DNA of 64,000 nucleotides from Candidatus Omnitrophota bacterium (GTDB lineage Bacteria; Omnitrophota; Omnitrophia; Omnitrophales; Aquincolibacteriaceae): NCBI GenBank assembly GCA_035352955.1, contig DAOPYQ010000001.1, positions 37,536 to 101,535 of the forward strand, read 5' to 3'. Shown piece by piece: positions 61,504 to 64,000 of this stretch (position 1 is its first letter; each line of letters starts with the position of its first letter). The notes under the pieces were generated by a model. It saw only the letters and a program-made list of their open reading frames with translations, ran no database searches and was not told where the DNA came from. The position numbers and the translations under genes were made by a program.

Positions 61504-61956
61504 ATGGCCAAAAAAGAAGAAAAAAAAGCACCGACCGTAGTGGCGCCGAACCCGCGAAGGGTCAAGGCGATCACCAAGTATCTCAGGATCGCACCCCGTA
61601 AGGTTCGTGTCGTGCTCGGGACGATTAAAAAACGGCCCGTGATGGAAGCCATGGGGGTCCTTTCCCTTTTGAACAAAAAAGGCGCAGTCATGGCGCTCAA
61701 GACGCTCAAAAGCGCCGTTGCGAATGCGAAAAATCTCGGGTTGGATGAAAAACGTCTTATTGTTGCGGATGTTCGCGCAGACGGCGGACCGGTGCTCAAG
61801 CGGTTCTTGACCCGTTCCATGGGCCGTGCCGACAGGCTCCTTAAACGTACCACGCATTTGACGGTGGTTGTTTGTGAGGGAACCAAGTTTTGGGGCGGCA
61901 CGATGCCGGAAGACGCCAAAGCAAAACAGAAAAAGAAAGCCGCTTCGGCTGCTTAA
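61504..61956 (+). CDS. rplV: 50S ribosomal protein L22 (N- and C-terminal extensions).
   Basis: Sequence and position. Confidence 0.9.
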   Translation: MAKKEEKKAPTVVAPNPRRVKAITKYLRIAPRKVRVVLGTIKKRPVMEAMGVLSLLNKKGAVMALKTLKSAVANAKNLGLDEKRLIVADVRADGGPVLKRFLTRSMGRADRLLKRTTHLTVVVCEGTKFWGGTMPEDAKAKQKKKAASAA

Positions 61957-61967
61957 GGGAGGCTATT

Positions 61968-62744
61968 TTGGGTCAGAAAGTACATCCATACGGACTTAGG
62001 GTCGGGTATATCAAGCCCTGGAAAGCGCGCTGGTTCGCCAAACGCGACGCGGGCGTGACTTTGATGGAGGATCTCAAGATCCGCAAGTATCTCAAAGAGA
62101 AGCTTTCTTTCGCCGGAATTTCGTCAATCGAGATCGATCGCTCATCGAACCGCCTTCGCCTTCGTATCTTTGCGGCTAAACCCGGTGTGATCATCGGTCG
62201 CCGCGGTCAAGAGATTGATAAGATCAAGGAAGACCTTGCCAAGCTTACGAAAAACGAGGTTTTCTTGGATATCAAGGAAGTCAAGATGCCTCAGATCGAT
62301 GCGCAGCTGGTGGCCGAAAATCTGGCTCTCCAGCTTGAAAAACGTATCGGGTTTCGTCGCGCGATGAAAAAAGCCGTGCAGTTGGCGATGCAAAAGGGCG
62401 CGTTGGGGATCAAAATTAAATGCAAAGGTCGTTTGGGCGGCGCTGAAATCGCCCGCGAAGAAGGTTACAAGGAAGGGAAAGTTCCCTTAAGCACTTTCCG
62501 CGCGGATATCGATTATGGATTTGCTGAGGCGTTCACCACTTACGGCACGATCGGTTGCAAGACCTGGATCTACAAGGGCGATATTCTTGTCAAAAAAGAA
62601 CAGGAAGCTCAGAAACTTGAACTGGAGAAGAAGTTCATGGTGATCGAAGAGGCTTCGAAAGCCGAAGCGGCGGCCGTGCCGGCAGAAACGGCGCAGAGCG
62701 TCGAAGGGAAGAAGGAGAATTCAGACAATGCCCCTGCAGCCTAA
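61968..62744 (+). CDS. rpsC: 30S ribosomal protein S3 (TTG start; acidic C-terminal tail).
   Basis: [24 protein letters not shown]… begins at an in-frame TTG. The ORF-track Met at 61890 is unlikely. Confidence 0.9.
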   Translation: MGQKVHPYGLRVGYIKPWKARWFAKRDAGVTLMEDLKIRKYLKEKLSFAGISSIEIDRSSNRLRLRIFAAKPGVIIGRRGQEIDKIKEDLAKLTKNEVFLDIKEVKMPQIDAQLVAENLALQLEKRIGFRRAMKKAVQLAMQKGALGIKIKCKGRLGGAEIAREEGYKEGKVPLSTFRADIDYGFAEAFTTYGTIGCKTWIYKGDILVKKEQEAQKLELEKKFMVIEEASKAEAAAVPAETAQSVEGKKENSDNAPAA

Positions 62745-63147
62745 AAGGGTCAAATTTCGTAAGCAGCAGCGCGGTTGGATGCGCGGCATTGCTACCCGCG
62801 GGAGTTCGCTTGCTTTTGGCGAATTCGGGCTTAAAGCGATGGAATGCGCTTGGCTTACAGCGATCCAGATCGAAGCGTCCCGTGTGGCGTTAACCCGTCA
62901 TGTGAAGCGCGGCGGCAAGATCTGGCTGCGCGTTTTCCCGGACAAGTCTTATTCCAAGAAGCCGGCCGAAACCCGCATGGGAAAAGGTAAGGGCGCTCCG
63001 GAGTATTATGTGGCGGTTATCAAGCCGGGCCGTATCCTTTTCGAGATGGGCGGGATTCCGGAAGAAATGGCGCGTTCGGCCATGCGGCTCTGTGCGCACA
63101 AGATCCCATTCCGTACAAAATTTGTGAAACGTGAGGTAGGGGCTTAA
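62728..63147 (+). CDS. rplP: 50S ribosomal protein L16.
   Basis: [16 protein letters not shown]…. Confidence 0.95.
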   Translation: MPLQPKRVKFRKQQRGWMRGIATRGSSLAFGEFGLKAMECAWLTAIQIEASRVALTRHVKRGGKIWLRVFPDKSYSKKPAETRMGKGKGAPEYYVAVIKPGRILFEMGGIPEEMARSAMRLCAHKIPFRTKFVKREVGA

Positions 63148-63148
63148 T

Positions 63149-63355
63149 ATGGCGGAAGTCAAAGAACTCCGGGAGCTCACCGTTGAAGAGCTACAGGAAA
63201 AACTGAACACCACTAAGAAAGATCTCATGCAACTCCGGTTCCAGCACAAGACCGGGAAGCTCGAACGTCAATCCTCGATCAAGGAAGCAAAGAAAAACAT
63301 TGCGCGGATCCTGACGCTGATCAACGGGATGAAGAAAGGCGAGAAGAAGTCATGA
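63149..63355 (+). CDS. rpmC: 50S ribosomal protein L29.
   Basis: 68 aa. Position. Confidence 0.9.
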   Translation: MAEVKELRELTVEELQEKLNTTKKDLMQLRFQHKTGKLERQSSIKEAKKNIARILTLINGMKKGEKKS

Positions 63356-63615
63356 CCGACAAGGAACTTGAGATCAAAGGCAAACGCGTTCGTGAGGGCG
63401 TTGTGGTCAGCAGCAAGATGAACAAGACCATCGTGGTTCTTGTGACCCGGTTGCTGCAGCATTCGAAATTCAACAAGATCATCAAGCGCCATATTAAATA
63501 TGCCGCTCATGATGAAAAGAACGAAGCGAAAGAAGGGGACCGCGTGCAGATCGTCGAGACGCGTCCTCTTTCAAAGACCAAGCGTTGGCGCCTGGTCAGG
63601 GTGATGAAATCATGA
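63352..63615 (+). CDS. rpsQ: 30S ribosomal protein S17.
   Basis: Sequence and position. Confidence 0.9.
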   Translation: MTDKELEIKGKRVREGVVVSSKMNKTIVVLVTRLLQHSKFNKIIKRHIKYAAHDEKNEAKEGDRVQIVETRPLSKTKRWRLVRVMKS

Positions 63616-63980
63616 TCCAGATGCGGAGCATTCTTGAGATTGCTGACAACAGCGGCGCTAAAAGAGCTGCCATGATCGGTGTGTTGGGCCGTCACGGAAA
63701 GCGATCGGCCGAGGTCGGCGACATTATTACGGCCTCTGTGAAGGAAGCCCTTCCGACCGGTGCTGTGAAAAAAGGCGAGGTCGTCAAGGCGGTGGTCGTA
63801 AGGACGAAATCTCCGATCCGCCGTAAAGACGGATCGTTCGTGAAATTCTCTTCGAACGCCATTGTATTGATCGATAACCAGAAAAATCCGCGCGGGACCC
63901 GCATTTTCGGTCCTGTGGCCCGAGAACTGCGTGATGCCGATTTCGCAAAGATCATCTCGCTCGCTCCGGAGGTCGTGTAA
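63612..63980 (+). CDS. rplN: 50S ribosomal protein L14.
   Basis: [17 protein letters not shown]…. Internal Met start. Confidence 0.93.
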   Translation: MIQMRSILEIADNSGAKRAAMIGVLGRHGKRSAEVGDIITASVKEALPTGAVKKGEVVKAVVVRTKSPIRRKDGSFVKFSSNAIVLIDNQKNPRGTRIFGPVARELRDADFAKIISLAPEVV

Positions 63981-63983
63981 TCA

Positions 63984-64000
63984 TGAAGATCCGTAAAGGG
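63984..64000 (+). CDS. rplX: 50S ribosomal protein L24 (5' fragment; continues beyond the window).
   Basis: MKIRKG… immediately after rplN. Confidence 0.5.

Overview
This is a 64 kb bacterial chromosomal window, roughly mid-50s %GC; the phylum cannot be decided from sequence alone. It splits into an accessory half (1-20 kb) and a core half (20-64 kb).

The first 20 kb is a glycan assembly locus:
- It opens with a 3' partial SAM-methyltransferase carrying a C-terminal coiled coil built from 63-bp tandem repeats (WbdD-like 'ruler/terminator' architecture).
- Next come a tandem-GT4 (WbdA-like) glycosyltransferase and a putative O-acetylation module (AlgX/AlgJ-like periplasmic protein, MBOAT, SGNH/GDSL hydrolase).
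- Two pseudogene scars follow: a GT4 fragment and a chimeric ddhA'(rfbF)-ddhC'(E1 dehydrase-like) ORF.
- A dTDP-3-acetamido-3,6-dideoxyhexose (Fdt/Qdt-type) pathway follows: a DegT aminotransferase, an LbH N-acetyltransferase and two tandem FdtA-like cupins, one lacking the catalytic His pair.
- Then come a GT2, a 780-aa GT-C-like membrane protein, a GtrB/DPM1-like polyprenyl-phosphate GT2, a near-identical second copy of the SGNH gene, and a convergent 839-aa polytopic membrane protein.
- The 839-aa protein has STT3/PglB/AglB-like hallmarks: a DxDxYY first loop and a degenerate WWDYG block, 'SWSPGYLINGIAERRSVMDGGT'.
- Together this looks like an undescribed ABC-transporter-dependent/lipid-linked glycan system, possibly coupled to an oligosaccharyltransferase-like enzyme.

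The remaining 44 kb is core housekeeping:
- A split transketolase whose two halves are separated by a GTATCA/TGATAC hexamer array.
- GGT, a Nudix hydrolase, an ArsC/Spx-like protein, a BI-1/YccA protein, and a GldA/F/G-type ABC system. The ATPase-permease junction of that system carries a 119-bp palindromic insert flanked by 33-bp direct repeats.
- thyA-folA, an MBL hydrolase, and a TPR gene bracketed by ~57-bp inverted repeats.
- sodA, three small hypothetical membrane/lipoprotein genes, the complete atpZBEFHAGDC operon on the minus strand, and a hypothetical membrane-anchored protein gene.
- The classic tRNA-Thr-tuf-rpmG-tRNA-Trp-secE-nusG-rplKAJL-rpoBC-rpsLG-fusA-S10/spc ribosomal cluster, which continues past the window end.

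No CRISPR array, transposase or integrase is evident.
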